The notes beneath the pieces are model-generated. The model was not told where the DNA came from. It saw nothing but the letters and a program-made list of their open reading frames with translations, and searched no databases. From Octopus vulgaris (Eukaryota), in contig OX597821.1 in NCBI GenBank assembly GCA_951406725.2, forward strand, positions 33,728,001-33,792,000: a DNA stretch of 64,000 bases, given 5' to 3'. Each line of letters starts with the position of its first letter. The stretch's first letter is position 1. Shown in pieces: positions 26,998 through 41,204 of this stretch. Made by a program: the position numbers and the translations under genes.

Positions 26998-28770
26998 GGT
27001 ACTGGGGGTTGGTGAACATATTAGGGTGACAGACCTTTCAATATTCTGGGGTCCGTAGAGCGGCTAACTGGCTTCCATGCCAGTGGCATTTAACCCTTTC
27101 GTTACTATACCAGCATCGCCTTACTGGCACTTGTGCCCATGCTAGTTGGGCACCAAGAGCACCATCCCAGTGTGATCGTTGCCATAACAGCCAACTGGCT
27201 TCCGTGCCAGTGGCACATAAAAGGGCACCATTCGAGCGTGATCGTTACCAAAGTCGCCTCACTGGCACCTGTGCTGGTGGCATGTGTAAAAGGATTTGAG
27301 TGAAGTCATTGTCAGTACCGCCTGACTGGCCCCTGTGCCGGTGGCACATAAAAAAGCACCCACTACACTCTCGGAGTGGTTGGCGTTAGGAAGGGCATCC
27401 AGCTGTAGAAACTCTGCCAAATCAAGATTGGAGACTGGTGTAACCATCTGGTTTGCCAGCCCTCAGTCAAAATCGTCCAACCCATGCTAGCATGGAAAGC
27501 GGACGTTAAACAATGATGATGGGTACATGGTAGTGAAAATTTGGGAACTGATCTAACCTATACTAGCTTGGAAGGAACAAGTGTGAAATTATACACACAC
27601 ACACTCAGAATATGTGTGTACTCCCTTTTCTAATGTTTGTGTACACTTTGAAGAAGGAAGACAAACATTTGGGGCAGACAGGCATTGCTGAATTTGATAA
27701 TTACATTTGAAACTGGCTTATTATATTTACCATACATAGTTCTTGATCAAAATTTGGTTTTTAACATAAAATTGCTGCAGAGATCAGTAGGTTAAAAACA
27801 GTCTCATATATTTCATTAAGTTACCAATTACATAATTAAATAACAGGATGCTTTAAAAAGCTAATTACAAACTGTGAGGAAAAGATATTATTAGTCAATG
27901 ACTAGAGTTTTTTTTTTTTATTGTTATTATTATTTCAACAAGTATTCCATGCTAGCATGGTTCAACCGATGTCAGCATGGAAAATGGACGTTAAGAAGTA
28001 AAGGAGACCCTTCAGGACATATTTTGGTATTATCAAACCTTCTTTACAAACCACAGACTTTACTGTAGTTGTTGAAATTGTGATGAAGGTATCATTAAGT
28101 AAATCTCCTGCCTGTCTCTCTCTCTCTGTTAAAAATACTTAAACTGTGTGGTAAGTAGCTTGCTAACCAACCACATGGTTCCGGGTTCAGTCCCACTGCG
28201 TGGCATCTTGGGCAAGTGTCTTCTGCTATAGCCCCGGGCCGACGAATGCCTTGTGAGTGGATTTGGTAGACGGAAACTGAAAGAAGCCTGTCGTATATAT
28301 GTATATATATATATATGTAGCGTTAGGAAGGGCATCCAGCCGTAGAAACACTGCCAGATCTGACTGGGCCTGATGAAGCCTTCCAGCTTCACAGACCCCA
28401 GTTGACCCGTCCAACCCATGCTAGCATGGAAAGCGGACGCTAAATAATGATGATGTGTGTGTTTGTGTGTCTGTGTTTGTCCCCCTAGCATTGCTTGACA
28501 ACCGATGCTGGTGTGTTTACGTCCCTGTCACTTAGCAGTTTGGCAAAAGAGACCGATAGAATAAGTACTGGGCTTACAAAAGAATAAGTCCCGGGGTCGA
28601 GTTGCTCGATTAAAAGTGGTGCTCCAGTATGGCCGCAGTCAAATGACTGAAACAAGTAAAAGAGTATAATACATAGGGTAATAATAAATTATTATTACCA
28701 GTGGCCTAGCGAATTAGTTATTAGACTATATATAAAACGAATTAGTCATTAGACTATATATTATTCATAT

Positions 28771-28997
28771 AGAAATACAATAAGAGGCTTCCAAATAGGA
28801 AAGCGTTGTGCTAGAAAGAGCAGTAGAAATCTCAAAAACCACAAAATGGATAAATTCTCAAAAGGAATGTAGTTGAGATGGTAAACGTTTTTAATTTTCA
28901 TTCCTTTCGAGAATTTATCCTTTTTGTGGTTTTTGAGATTTCTACTGCTCTTTCTAGCAGAACGCTTTCCTATTTGGAAGCCTCTTATTGTATTTCT
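28771..28997. repeat. Near-perfect 99-bp inverted repeat with a 29-nt loop
   Basis: Arms 28771-28869 and 28899-28997 differ at only 3 positions by manual comparison. Confidence 0.92.
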
Positions 28998-29256
28998 GTT
29001 AAAAATACAATAACTCAGTGATTGGCTCATTGGAAACCTCCACTGAATGACACAATCGCAGCATAAAAATAAGCTAATTCTCTGAGTCATTTATTCCCTA
29101 ATGTATTTCATTTACATACTCTCTTTTACTTGTTTCGGTCATTTGACTGTGGCCATGCTTTGTAAGCCTAGTACTTATTCTATCGGTCTCTTTTGCTGAA
29201 CAGCTAAGTTACGGGGACGTAAACACACCACCATTGGCTGTCAAGCAATGTTGGGG

Positions 29257-29314
<58 letters not shown>

Positions 29315-29689
29315 CAATGGCTTCTTTCAGTTTCCGTCTACCAAATCCACTCACAAGGCTTTGGTCGACCCAAGGCTATAGTAGAAGGCACTTGCCCAAG
29401 GTGCCACGCAGTGGGACTGAATCCGGAACCATGTGGTTGGTAAACAAGCTACTTACCACACAGCCACTCCTATGTGTAACAATGAAATATTGATTTTGTA
29501 GACAGATAGGGCATCCAGCTGTAAAAATCACACCAAAGCAGACACAGACAGTAGAGTTTGGCACAGTCGTCTGACTTGCTGCCTCTTGTCAAACCGTCCA
29601 ACCCATGCCAGCATGGAAAGCAGACATTAAATGATGATGATGATACACTATCATTGTCAATGTTCTAAGATGTAACTGAGAGCATGTAT

Positions 29690-29898
29690 GGTAAGTTCAC
29701 CACAGGGATAGCTCACCATCTTCAATTCACCACTGGGAAAGTTCACTGTCCTCAATTCACCTCTTTTTCAATAGAATAGTTTTTAACTATTAACGGTGAG
29801 AGACTATGGATATATTTTTTTCAGTAAACTTTCCTTGCGTTGAACTTTCCTCGTGGTAAATTTTCTTCATGTTGAACTTTCCCTGCAGTGAACTTACC
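29690..29898. mobile_element. Small fold-back element with ~15-bp subrepeats in its arms
   Basis: ggtaagttcacc...gtgaacttacc termini; repeated 'ttcacc' modules on the left and 'gaactttcc' modules on the right. Confidence 0.55.
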
Positions 29899-32800
29899 TG
29901 TAATTGGCTGTGAGATCATCACCTGTGAGGAAGATTGATACTTTGGGCTTGATTATCCAGATGTGGATAAGACTGAAATGTTATAGAGAAGGCTGGTATG
30001 GAATCAGTCATATGGTAACCGTACAAAAGGTGGCAAAGGTGGAAGAATCATTAACCCTTTCAATACCGTATTTATTTTGAGATGTTCTGTGTTTCCTTCA
30101 ATTATTTTAGATATAACAAAGAATTTAGTAAAATAACTTCGTTATCATTAAACTAGTATTAGGAACATAAATTGTGACTAAGGTTTGGCGGAAGATTTTA
30201 ATTCAAAATTTATAATAACAAGACATTTGTACTACAGAGCCAGAGCCGGTTTCAGCCGGGTTGGTAACGAAAGGGTTAAAGCATCAGAGAAAACGCCTAA
30301 TAGTGTTTCTGGTTCTCTTTTTTATTTATCTTGAAAGTGTGGAAAGCAAATTTGACTTCAGTGGGATTTCAACAAAGAACGTAAAATACCAACCGTATAC
30401 TGAGCTTGATGTAACTGTCTATGCCTCTTAAAATTGTTGGCCATATGCATCATCACCATTTAGTGTCTGTTTTCCATGCTGGTAAGAGTTAGACAATGCA
30501 TCTGGAACTGGTAAGTCAGAGAGCTGCACTAGGCTCTAGTCTATTTTAGCATGGTTTCTACAGCCTGATGCCCTTCCTAATGCCAACCACATTAGTGTGT
30601 ACTGGGTGCCTTTTACATATCACTGGCATGGGTGCTTTCAGTTTGTCACTGGTATGGACACAAAACTCTACTTGTGAAGACTTGTTGAGGCAAGTGAAAA
30701 TCAAAATCAAAATCGATCAACATCAATGGAATTTGTAGCTGTGATACCAGTGCCGGTGGCACGTAAAAAGCACCATCCAATCATGGCCGTTTGCCAGCCT
30801 CGTCTGGCACCTGTGCCGGTGGCACATAAAAAGCACCCACTACACTCATGGAGTGGTTGGCGTTAGGAAGGGCATCCAGCTGTAGAAACACTGCCAGATC
30901 AGACTGGGCCTGGTGCAGCCTTCTGGCTTCCCAGACCCCAGTTGAACCGTCCAACCCATGCTAGCATGGAAAGCGGACGTTAAACAATGATGATGATGGG
31001 TGCCTTCAACATGTTACTGGCATATGCTTTAATTATAACCATACAGTGGTTGTTGTTTAACCCCAGGTCAACCCTGATTGAGGAAATCTGTGATCAAGAG
31101 CATTCTAGTCATAACCATCTTATCTTTTATTTATATATCAGACTACATTATACAATATATTCCTCTCTATTTAGGCTGGTAATATTTAATTTGAATGAGA
31201 TTTGGTTTATTATTTCTAGCAACTCAAATGACCATATATGGGTTTGTTTAAAGCAGTGATTTTTCTATCATTTTAATTTGGTGGTGCACTGGAGATTAAA
31301 TTTTAAAAAAAAATTATTGATGTATTTGAAATTCAATAAAAACATTGCTAGCACATTTTGCTTGGAAAGTTGGAGAAAACTGTTTTACTGTTAAAACTTG
31401 AGAAAAGAAAGATATAGAAAATTGTTTTGTTTTATTAATCCTATTTGTGTATAACAAAATTATGAATGACAAATTTGTTCGACACATCCAAGTATTAGTA
31501 TTAATTTTCTGAAAGATTAAATTATATTTAAACAAAGAAATAGAAATCCACAGTGTACTTAGGTACCCCCTGCTGTATCACATTAGATTAGGATGATACT
31601 ATTCAAAATGATTTAACATCTGTTTCTCGTTTCTCATGCTAGCATGGGTTGGATGGCTTGACAATTTGACAAGCCAGAGAACTAAGTTTGATGTGTCTCC
31701 TCAAGCACAGCAGATCGCCAACAACCTCAGTCACTTGTCATTACCTCCATGTGGCTCAGCATTCAAAGATCATATTTTAGCATCTCATTCCATGTCCCTC
31801 TGGGCCTACCTCTTCCACAGGTTCCCCTCCACAGTTAGAGATTGGCACTTCTGTACACAGCTGTCCTCATCAAGCTTAGTGGAATTGTAGTTGTAGCTGG
31901 TACCAGTGATGTGTTAAAGGCACCCAGTACACTCTTTAGAGTAGTTGGTGTTAGGAAGGGCATCCAGCTGTAGAAACCAAACGAAAACAGACTGGAGCTT
32001 GGTGCTGCTCTCTGGCTTTCCAGTTCCACTCAAACCATCTCATCCATGCCAGCATGGAAAATGGACTCTAAATAATGATGAGAGAACTGTGTTGAGTTTC
32101 ATTGTCTTCCTCAGTGTGGATGCCCTCCCTAATGCCAACCACTTTACAAACGTTACTGGATGCTATTTTTTGTGGCACTGGCACTTAGGCCACAAAACTA
32201 GATCCCTTGTCTGAGTAGCGATGCAGTCTTGAGGGAGGTGGCTTTGTGCCAGATGTTGACAAGACTAAAGTATGATACCAAGATAGGAACAGGTGTCTGG
32301 GTGTAGAGGAGATATGTGGCTATACCCGCATTATATAAATGAATAAATAAACTAATTTGCTATTCGTGTTCTCCTTTTAGCATGTAAGGTGTCCTGTTAA
32401 GCTCATATCTTTTGTGTGTTGAAATCAAATTCGGTGACTGGCATCCGTTGCTAATGGAGCGCTAAGAGTACCATACGAGTGAGATCATTACCAGAGCAAC
32501 AAGCTGTCCTCCGTGCCGATGGCACGTTAAGCACACCATTCAAGTGTGATCATTACGGCATTGCCCTACCAGCACTTGTGCTGGTGGCATGTGAAATATT
32601 CGAGCGAGGTCGTCGCCAGTGCCGCTGGACTGGCTCCTGTGCAGGTGGCACGTAAAAAGCACCATTTGGGCGTGGCCGTTGCCAGTACCACCAAACTGGC
32701 CATCCTGCCGGTGGCACGTAAAAGCACCTACTACACTCTCGGGGCATCCAGATGTAGAAACTCTGCCAGATCAGATTGGAGTCTGGTTCGCCAGACCTCA

Positions 32801-33619
32801 GTCAAATTGTCCAACCCATACTAGCATTTAAAGCGGACGTTAAATGATGATGATGATGATGATGTACACTAATTTTATATGAAAAATATGTTGTCTTTTG
32901 ACTAGTTTATGCATACTGGTCACTGGTAGAAAATTTCTCTAATTTTTCTACCTTATATTGTTAATATAACTTTCATAATTTTGAAAAAAGTTGGAACATA
33001 TATTTTCATTTGCTGTCAACTATAACTGCACTTGCGTGATGGACTTGAAAAATTACAATGTATAAAGATGAGACGTGCTGTCTATTTGTCCCATAATTAT
33101 ATGTTAATCATAGCACCCATGCTGAAGAGAAAGAACATGGATAGCAAATTAGTTTATTTGTTCATTGATGTTTGAACCCTAGGTACATGTGGTAACTACT
33201 GAAAGTATGTTTATTTTTCATCCCCTTCGAAATTACTCTTAACTGTGGTTTGGGCTTTGACTGCTCCTTTTAGCATGTAAGGTGCCCTGTTAGGGTCACC
33301 TCTTTTGTGTATAAATGTACACTAATTTTATATATATACACAATACATATATATATATACACAATATATATATATATATATACATTATGTGTGCGTGTGT
33401 ATATATATATATATATACACACACACACAGTATATATATATATATACATATACATTATGTGTGTGTGTGTATATATATATGTATATATTGTATATGTATA
33501 TATATATATATGTATACACAATGAGATAATTTTTGCCTGTTTTTATGGAGACAAAATGGTTTATAAGACTGCGAAAAAGAAATGCTCAAATGTAATTGGG
33601 ACAGAGATAAAAAAAAAAG

Positions 33620-34418
33620 CATTGATCAGAGAATAAACATCAAATTTGAGTCAACGACTTTCTACATAACATCACGCCTCCAAAATATTTGATCGTATGT
33701 AAATATTACCATGGCCTTTCAACATATAAAGAATACATGTATAAAAAACACAGAAGGTAAGAAATATATATGCAAATAAAAATACGTTTATATATATAAC
33801 GGCCTATCAATAAGGTATATACAATTGACTAAAAATTCTAAAACGTGTCATGTGACTGAAAATCTAAATAAAGTAAAATATCAATTTACTAAAAAGATTT
33901 TTCACACTCCCCTCAAACAAAAAAATAATTTTTTGACATCCCTGTTCAATCTGATGAGGGTGTCACTGCAGCGATGCACCTTAACTCGTAATAGAAATGT
34001 GGCAGTGAATTCCCAAAATGGCTGTAGATGTGTTTGACTTGATTTTGTGAAATTCTTTTACGCTCCTTGACTCCAACCATGGTTTTTATGAAATGAACTT
34101 TTTTTGACATATATTTTTTTGTTTGAGGTGAGTATGAAAAATCTTTTTAGTCAATTGGTGTTGCATTTTATTTAGATTTTTAGTCACATGACACATTTTA
34201 GAATTTTTAGTCGATTCTGCATACCTTCTTGATAGGCCGTTCTATGTATCTGTATTTTTATTTGCATTTATATTTTTTACCTTCTGTGTTTTTTATATAT
34301 ATATATTCGTTATATGTTGAAAGGCTCTGGTAATATTTATATACGATCAAATGTTTGGAGGTGTGGTGTTATGTATAAAGTTGTTGACTCAAATTTGATG
34401 TTTGTTCTCTGACCAATG
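33620..34418. repeat. Fold-back element: ~310-bp diverged inverted arms around a ~185-bp spacer containing a decayed hammerhead motif
   Basis: 33620-33927 is the diverged reverse complement of 34112-34418. The spacer has CTGATGA (33951), stem gggtgtcactgc/gcagtgaattccc, then aaaa-tggct-gta. Flanked by (TA)/(TG) tracts. Confidence 0.85.
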
Positions 34419-36180
34419 TTTTTATATATATATATATATATACACACACACATATACAATATATATATATGTGTGTGTGTGTATATGTATATATATATAT
34501 GTATATATACATACACACATACATATATATATACACACAATATTGGATATCCCACCCCTGCGAACAACCAGGCTGGTAAGGATAGGGATGCTAAGGGAGC
34601 AACAACCAGAAGTCCCTGTGTGCCAGTGGTCCTGCACAGGAACAGTGTCCTCACTCCACTGGACAGCCAGAGGAATGCAAGTGCTACCACCAGAAAAGGA
34701 AGGAAAGAACACAAGTACAAACATAAAGAATGAAGGGGACAAAAATGTAATAACTAAAACCAAAATCCCAAACCACCAAACAAAAAACAGAAAACTGAAA
34801 TATGGAGGCTCCGATGGAAACCGAAACCCTAGCGAAGAAATTTGGAGTGAATTCAAGGACCTGCAAATTTTACCTGTAAGGCAAATGTTTGCAGTGGGAA
34901 GATGGTACAAACTGCTAGTTTGTTCACCCGAGATCCCGCCAAAACTAGAGGGGTCTTAAGGAGAAATACTTCCCTGGAGAAAGGCACCAGTTGCCTCCAA
35001 AGAAAAACCGTACAAATGCAGTCCGCTCTTCAGATGTTATGCACAAGGCACTTTGGGCAAGTGTCTTCTACTATAGCCTCGGGCCAACCAAAGCTATGTG
35101 AGTGGATTTGGTTGACGGAAACTGAAAGAAGCCATCGCATATATGTGTGTGTGTGTATGTTTGTGTGTTTGTCCCTACAACATCACTTGACAACCGATGG
35201 TGGTGTGTTTATGACCCTGTAATAAGTACTAGGCTTACAAAGAAAAAGTCGTGGGGTTTGATTTGCTTGACCAAAGATGGTGCTCCAGCATGGCCACAGT
35301 CAAGTGACTGAAAAAAGTAAAAGAATATTTTTGCCTTGCATGTAAACAATTCTGCCAATTCGCTGCCTTCACATACACACCAACCTACTTACAGACTCAC
35401 ACATAAAGAGAGAATTATACCAAGCAATAAACATCCACATAGTTGCTTGGCTTGCTAGAAATAGAAACAAAACAACCCTCAGATCACATCACACAGTCTT
35501 AAGAATGGAACCCATGGGCCAGTAAAGTACTATATATACAATCAGACTGCATGGTCATAACTGGAACACTTTTAATCAAGGGTTTACATCATCAGAACCT
35601 ACCTGGAATGGTCAAGGATTGAATATCTTTGATAAGTTTGCTTGACCAGGGATGACCTGGGTTTAAATGACAACGTAAAAGTAATTACTCAAATATCTTC
35701 ATCCTTGGTAACCAAACAATAAATAACTATTAATCCTGGATTATCTCTTTAATCCACGTTTAAAATATTAGAATGTAAATAAGGATTATCTGTAATGCAA
35801 ACAAAGGAATTATTAACAAGTGTTTATTTGTCAGTGAAGATAGCCAAGTCAGCAGTACACCTACGAGGAGTTCTTTTATAGTCGTGTGATATGCTAGAAA
35901 TAGCAGCAAAATTTCCCTACTGTCTTAAAAAATGGTGGATTGAATAATGTAGTCTGGGGTACCGTATTTGTAAAACAACAAAAACAAACAGGATGGTCAT
36001 GGCCAGAATGCCTTTGATCATAAATTTACTTGATCAGGACTGATTTGGTGCTAAACAACCACTTGGTAGACTTAATATGTAGACTTCAGGTTTAACATTT
36101 TCACTTGACCCCTGTGTGGTTTTGATGAAGTACAAATGTTACCATTTTGATATCAGCATGTCTGCAACCAGTTCTGGTCC

Positions 36181-36501
36181 ATCAAAATCTCTCGTGGAGG
36201 CGCCATCCAACCAAAATGCAAATATATGGGAAACTACCACCTGTGTCATCTCTTGTGAAAGGTAGGAGAGTCCAGTTTGCTGGACATTGTTGTAGAGCTG
36301 AAAAAGAGGTAATTTCTACTCTTCTCCTCTGGAAGCCATCTACTCGCAATACCAGAGGGCGCACACTCTCCTACCCTGATGTAATCTCCAGGATACAGGC
36401 ATCCAGCAACAGGACCTCTGTCATGCCGTGATGGACCGTGAAGTCTGGCGTAGCATGGTAAATTTCATTGTCTTGACCACGTTCGAACAATGATGATGAG
36501 A
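36181..36501 (+). mobile_element. 5'-truncated RTE-type LINE 3' end with (TGA)n tail
   Basis: QNLSWRRHPTKMQIYGKLPPVSSLVKGRRVQFAGHCCRA..LLLWKP..GR..MDREVWR; 8-bp target-site duplication tctggtcc (36173-36180 / 36502-36509). Confidence 0.8.
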
Positions 36502-39284
36502 TCTGGTCCTATGCTACAAACCCATTGGCATTTAGGTTATTCTGCCAAATGCAATGCTTAATTAATTATTTTGTTTTGAATTAATCATGCATTATCTCAT
36601 AGCTTTGAAATTTTAATGATGTGATTGCATATTTTTAGTATGATATTGTAGAGTAGATGGGGGAGGCCAAATCTGGCTAGTTTGAGCATAAAACAGGTAG
36701 AATATTTAGGCTGGATATAGTTGGTTTAACCCTTTAGTATTTAAACCGGCCATATCCAGCCTAAATAGTTAATCTGTTTTATGTTCAAACTGACCAGATC
36801 CAGGCTCTCACACCTACCCTACAATGTTATTCTACATTATGTAATTACACCATCAAGATCTTGAAGATATGAGATAATGCATGATTAATTTAAATCAATG
36901 GGAATCAATAGGCATTATGTTTGATTGAATAATCTGAACACTAAAGAGTTAAAGTGACCTAAATTAAAATTCCACAAAATGTCATATTAATTAATGTTCC
37001 AAGCACCTCTACTTAAAAGCACAAGGCCTGAGATTTTGAGGGATTAGGGTCTAATTGATTACATCAACCCCAGTGCTCAACTAGTACTTATTCTGTTGCC
37101 CACTGAAAGAATAAAAGGCAGAGCAGACTTCAACAGAATTTGATCTCAGAACAAAAAGAGCCGGAAGAAATGTTGTTAAGCATTTTGTCTGTGCTACCAA
37201 CTCTGGGATTTTGCTGACAGCTCAACTCTTTAGCATTCAGATTATTCTGTTAATTGCAATGCTTATTTATTCACATCATCATCGTCGTCGTTTAACGTCC
37301 GCTTTCCATGCTAGCATGGGTGGGCCGGTTTGACTGTGGGCTGGCGAACCAGATTGCTGCACCAAGCTCCAGTCTTGATCTGGCAGAGTTTCTACAGCTG
37401 GATGCCCTTCCTAATGCCAACCACTCCGAGAGTGTAGTGGGTGCTTTTTACGTGCCACCGGCATGGGGGCCAGTCAGGCGGTACTGGAAATGACTTCGCT
37501 CGAATTTTTACACATGGGCCAGTCAGGCGGTACTGGCAATGACCTCGCTTGAATTTTTACACACGGGCCAGTCAGGCGGTACTGGCAACGACCTCGCTCG
37601 AATTTTTTACACATGCCAATGGCACAGGTGCCAGTAAGGTGATGCTGGTAATGATCCCGCTCAAATGGTGCCTCCTACATGCCACCGGCATGGAAGCCAG
37701 TTAGCTGCTCTGGCAATGATTACGCTCATATAGTGCTCTTAGTACCCTCTCATAGCTTTGAGATTTATATAATGTGACTATTTTTAGAATGACATTGTAG
37801 AGTAAGTGTGAGAGGTTGGATGTGGTCAGTTTCAATATAAAACAGGTTGAAAATTTTGGTCGGATATGGCTGTTTTAAAAGCTAAAGGCTTAATAATGAC
37901 AAAGGTCCTGTGATCATGTGACTGACCAGGACGTGAAATGTTACCTGTTGTTGGTCACAATGTGCTTCTTGCATTGTTTTAGCCTTCAAATGACACCACC
38001 CTGCTGGCTAGGTGAGCAGGCCAACATTTCCCTCTGACTGAAAAGGGGACTGGAGCAATGTGAAATGAAATGTTTTGCTCAAGAAGACAACACACCGCCA
38101 AGTCAGGGAACTGAACCCAAAATTTAGCAATTGCGAGTGCAACACCTTCACATATGACAAAGGTATTTTACTTAATTCTTTATTATTTTCAAAATTAACT
38201 GTTGCAAAAGCAGCATGTTTCAACAGAAATATGGTAACAAGGGGATTAAGCCAGGTCTCTGGCTAACCATAACCCAATCCCTGTTTTTTCTCACCAGTCT
38301 CGGAGGCCCTGAAGAAGATTTTATACTCCTCCACTCTGAATTCTAACACAGCAGGAATTTAGTTTTTAACAGTGATCCTTCTTTTGTTTAATATTTATAT
38401 TGAACACACTATAGGGACAAGTGTGGCTGTGTGGTTAGAAGCTTGCTTCCCAACCACATGGTTTCAGGTTCAGTCCTACTGTGTGGCACTTTGAGCAAGT
38501 GTCTTTTACTATAGTCTTGGGAAAACCAGAGCCTTGTGAGTGGACTTGGTAGACAGAAACTGAAAAAAGCCTGTCATCATCATCATCATCATCATTTAAC
38601 GTCTGCTTTCCATGCTGGCATGGGTTGGATGGTTTGACTGAAAACTAGTAAGCTGGGTGGGGGTGAGGGGCTGTAGCAAGTTCCAATCTCATTTGGCAAG
38701 GTTTCTATGGTTGGATGACCTTCCTATTGCCAACCACTCCGAGAGTGTAGGGGTGCTTTTTACAAGCCACTGGCATATCTGCCATTGACCTGACACCAGC
38801 ATCAGTCATGACTACGGTCTCACTTGGCTTGACAGGTCAACACAAGCATGGTATATGACCAAGGGTCTCGGTCACCTGTCACTGCCGCCATGAGGCCCAA
38901 CGCTTGAATAGTGCTTTCCAGCATCAGCACTGGCGTCGGCACTGGCATAGGCAACAACCACAGCTTTGCTTGGCTCGACAGGCCTTCCTTCACAAGCACA
39001 GCATATTGCCCAACAATTGGAGGGTGCTTTTAATGAGCCAGTTATGTGACACTGGCATTGGCCATGACTACAATCTCACTTGGCTTGATGTCACTGCCTC
39101 CATGAGACCCAACACATGAACAGTGCTTTTTAGGTGCCACGAGCACAGGTACTAGTCAGATGGCTCTGGCATCAGCCACGACTATGATTTCACTCAGTTC
39201 AACAGGTCTTCACAAGCACTGAATATTGTCCTATGACTGAAGGATGCTTTTAACGAGCCAGTTATGTGACACTGCCATCAGTCA

Positions 39285-39602
39285 CGACTGCGGAAAGTGT
39301 AACCTCTCGAAAGAGCTGTTCTTCACTCCTGCTCCAGAGTGTTGGCTGCGGGGTCACTTCGAAAAGCTCTATCTGCGACGATTTCATCTCAATCGAAGGA
39401 GAGGGGCTTTCTCCGTTCGGGTTGCGGAATAAGCTGCCGGACGAGATAGTGAAGATGCCGACAACCGCTTGGTTCAAAGTCTCTCTTGACCAGAAATGGC
39501 CTGAACTCTTTGCATGAACACCCTCCCTGTACATAACTCCATGTCCCCCTACATGGCCTTGCTTTTTGCTTTTTGAGCCAAAAAATTAAATTAACTTAAC
39601 TT
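39285..39602 (+). mobile_element. CR1-type LINE 3' end
   Basis: ELFFTPAP..LRGHFEKLYLRRFHLNRRRGAFSVRV / NKLPDEIVKMPTTAWFKVSLD is a CR1/L2-like C-terminus; short repeat tail (ttaac). Confidence 0.75.
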
Positions 39603-40049
39603 GGTGTGACGTCACTGCCCTCATGAGGTCCAAGATATGAACGGTGCATTTTACGCGACAGTTACGCGACACTGGCAACAACCACAACTACAATTTCATT
39701 TGGCATGGTTGGTCTTCTCAAGTGTGGCATATCTCCAAAGGCTTTGGTTGCATGTCATTGTCTCTGTGAGGCTCAACATTCGAGAAACGTGCTTCACCAC
39801 CTCATCCCATGTCTTCCTGGGTCTATATATGTGTGTATGTGTGTGTGTGTAGCTGTTCCCCCATCATTGCTTGGCTATTAGTGTTGGTGTGTTTATGTCC
39901 CCATAACTTAGCAGCTTGGCAAAAGAGACCAATAGAATAAGTACTAGACTTTAAAAAATAAGTCCTGTGGTCGATTTGTTCTACTAAAATCCTTCAAGGC
40001 AGTGCTCACCATGGCCGCAGTCAAATGACTGAAACAAATAAAAGAAATA

Positions 40050-40463
40050 GGATCTTTTCGGTTTGATGGCAGTTTTTTCTAGCGGTGTCATATGAAATTG
40101 TCACCCATAATTATGACCCTAGTATCGATCTATTGCATTTCTATTGCTTTTAGGGTTAGGGTTAGGGGTGGGGGAAGGGTATCTTTTTTTCTTCACAAAT
40201 GTAAATAAACCCAAACTGTTTCTTAAACGAGGGACATATTCATACAGCACAGAATGCTTTTTAACTCAATAGACGTCACTGATTGGTTGCAATTGCAGAA
40301 ATTGAAGAAAAACAACAACAAATATCTTACAAACTATAGAATTTTCTCAATAAAGCCAAGAGAAAAAGATGTTTTATAAACACATTCTATCAATATATGA
40401 TGTTTAAAATTTTTTAGTTACCTAGAAATTATATTAAAAACTGCCGTCAAACCGAAAAGATCC
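40050..40463. mobile_element. Non-autonomous DNA transposon with GGATC TIRs carrying internal TTAGGG repeats
   Basis: TIR ggatcttttcggtttga; perfect 8-bp TSD aagaaata; internal ttagggttagggttagggg. Confidence 0.85.
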
Positions 40464-41204
40464 AAGAAATATTCTCCTTGGAAGGTTGCCTTTACTGTCT
40501 ATTTGAAAGAAATATAAATATTTCATTCATAGACACAAGGCCAGGAATTTGGGAGGTGAAAACAACAGATTTTATTGACTCCAGGCAAATGACTCATTAC
40601 ATTATAAACAAAGCTGTACTGTACATACACATATGAGGACTTTGTATATTTAAGAGAACAAAGTCTTTTCCTGTTTCTGTTTTCGCAAATTCGGTGTATA
40701 TTCTGCCCCTACAGTTTTGTAACTTATCTGTGTAATGTTACCTCCACCCCCGCCTCATCTGCTGCATTTTTCTTTTTTTTTATGAATTATTATTATTATT
40801 ATTATTATTCTTATTTCTGTTTCCTTTTTGTATTCGTTTTCTCTGCAAAGTTCTTATTTAATGTAATTTCATTTATTTAAAGAAATGTTGTGGTTTGGGA
40901 GGATCAGTATACCAATAAAAATGCACACTGGTTATCATTCACTTCTTTATTATTTTCTTTTATTCTTTTACTTGCTTCAATCATAAGACTGTGGCCATGC
41001 TGGGGCACTGGCATGGAGAATTTTAGTCAAACAAATTGACCTCAGTACTTATTTTTCTTTGTTTGAAGCCTGGTACCTATTCTACCACTCACTTTTGCTT
41101 AACAACTAAGTTATGGAGACACACACCAACACCAGTTGTCAAATGTTGATGGGTGACAGACACAAAGACACACACATACATACACATATACATACATGCA
41201 TATA

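Noticed and set aside
37460-37610. Regularly spaced repeats resembling a CRISPR array
   Set aside because: Tandem modules without unique spacers, inside a dispersed retroposon; eukaryotic context with no cas genes.
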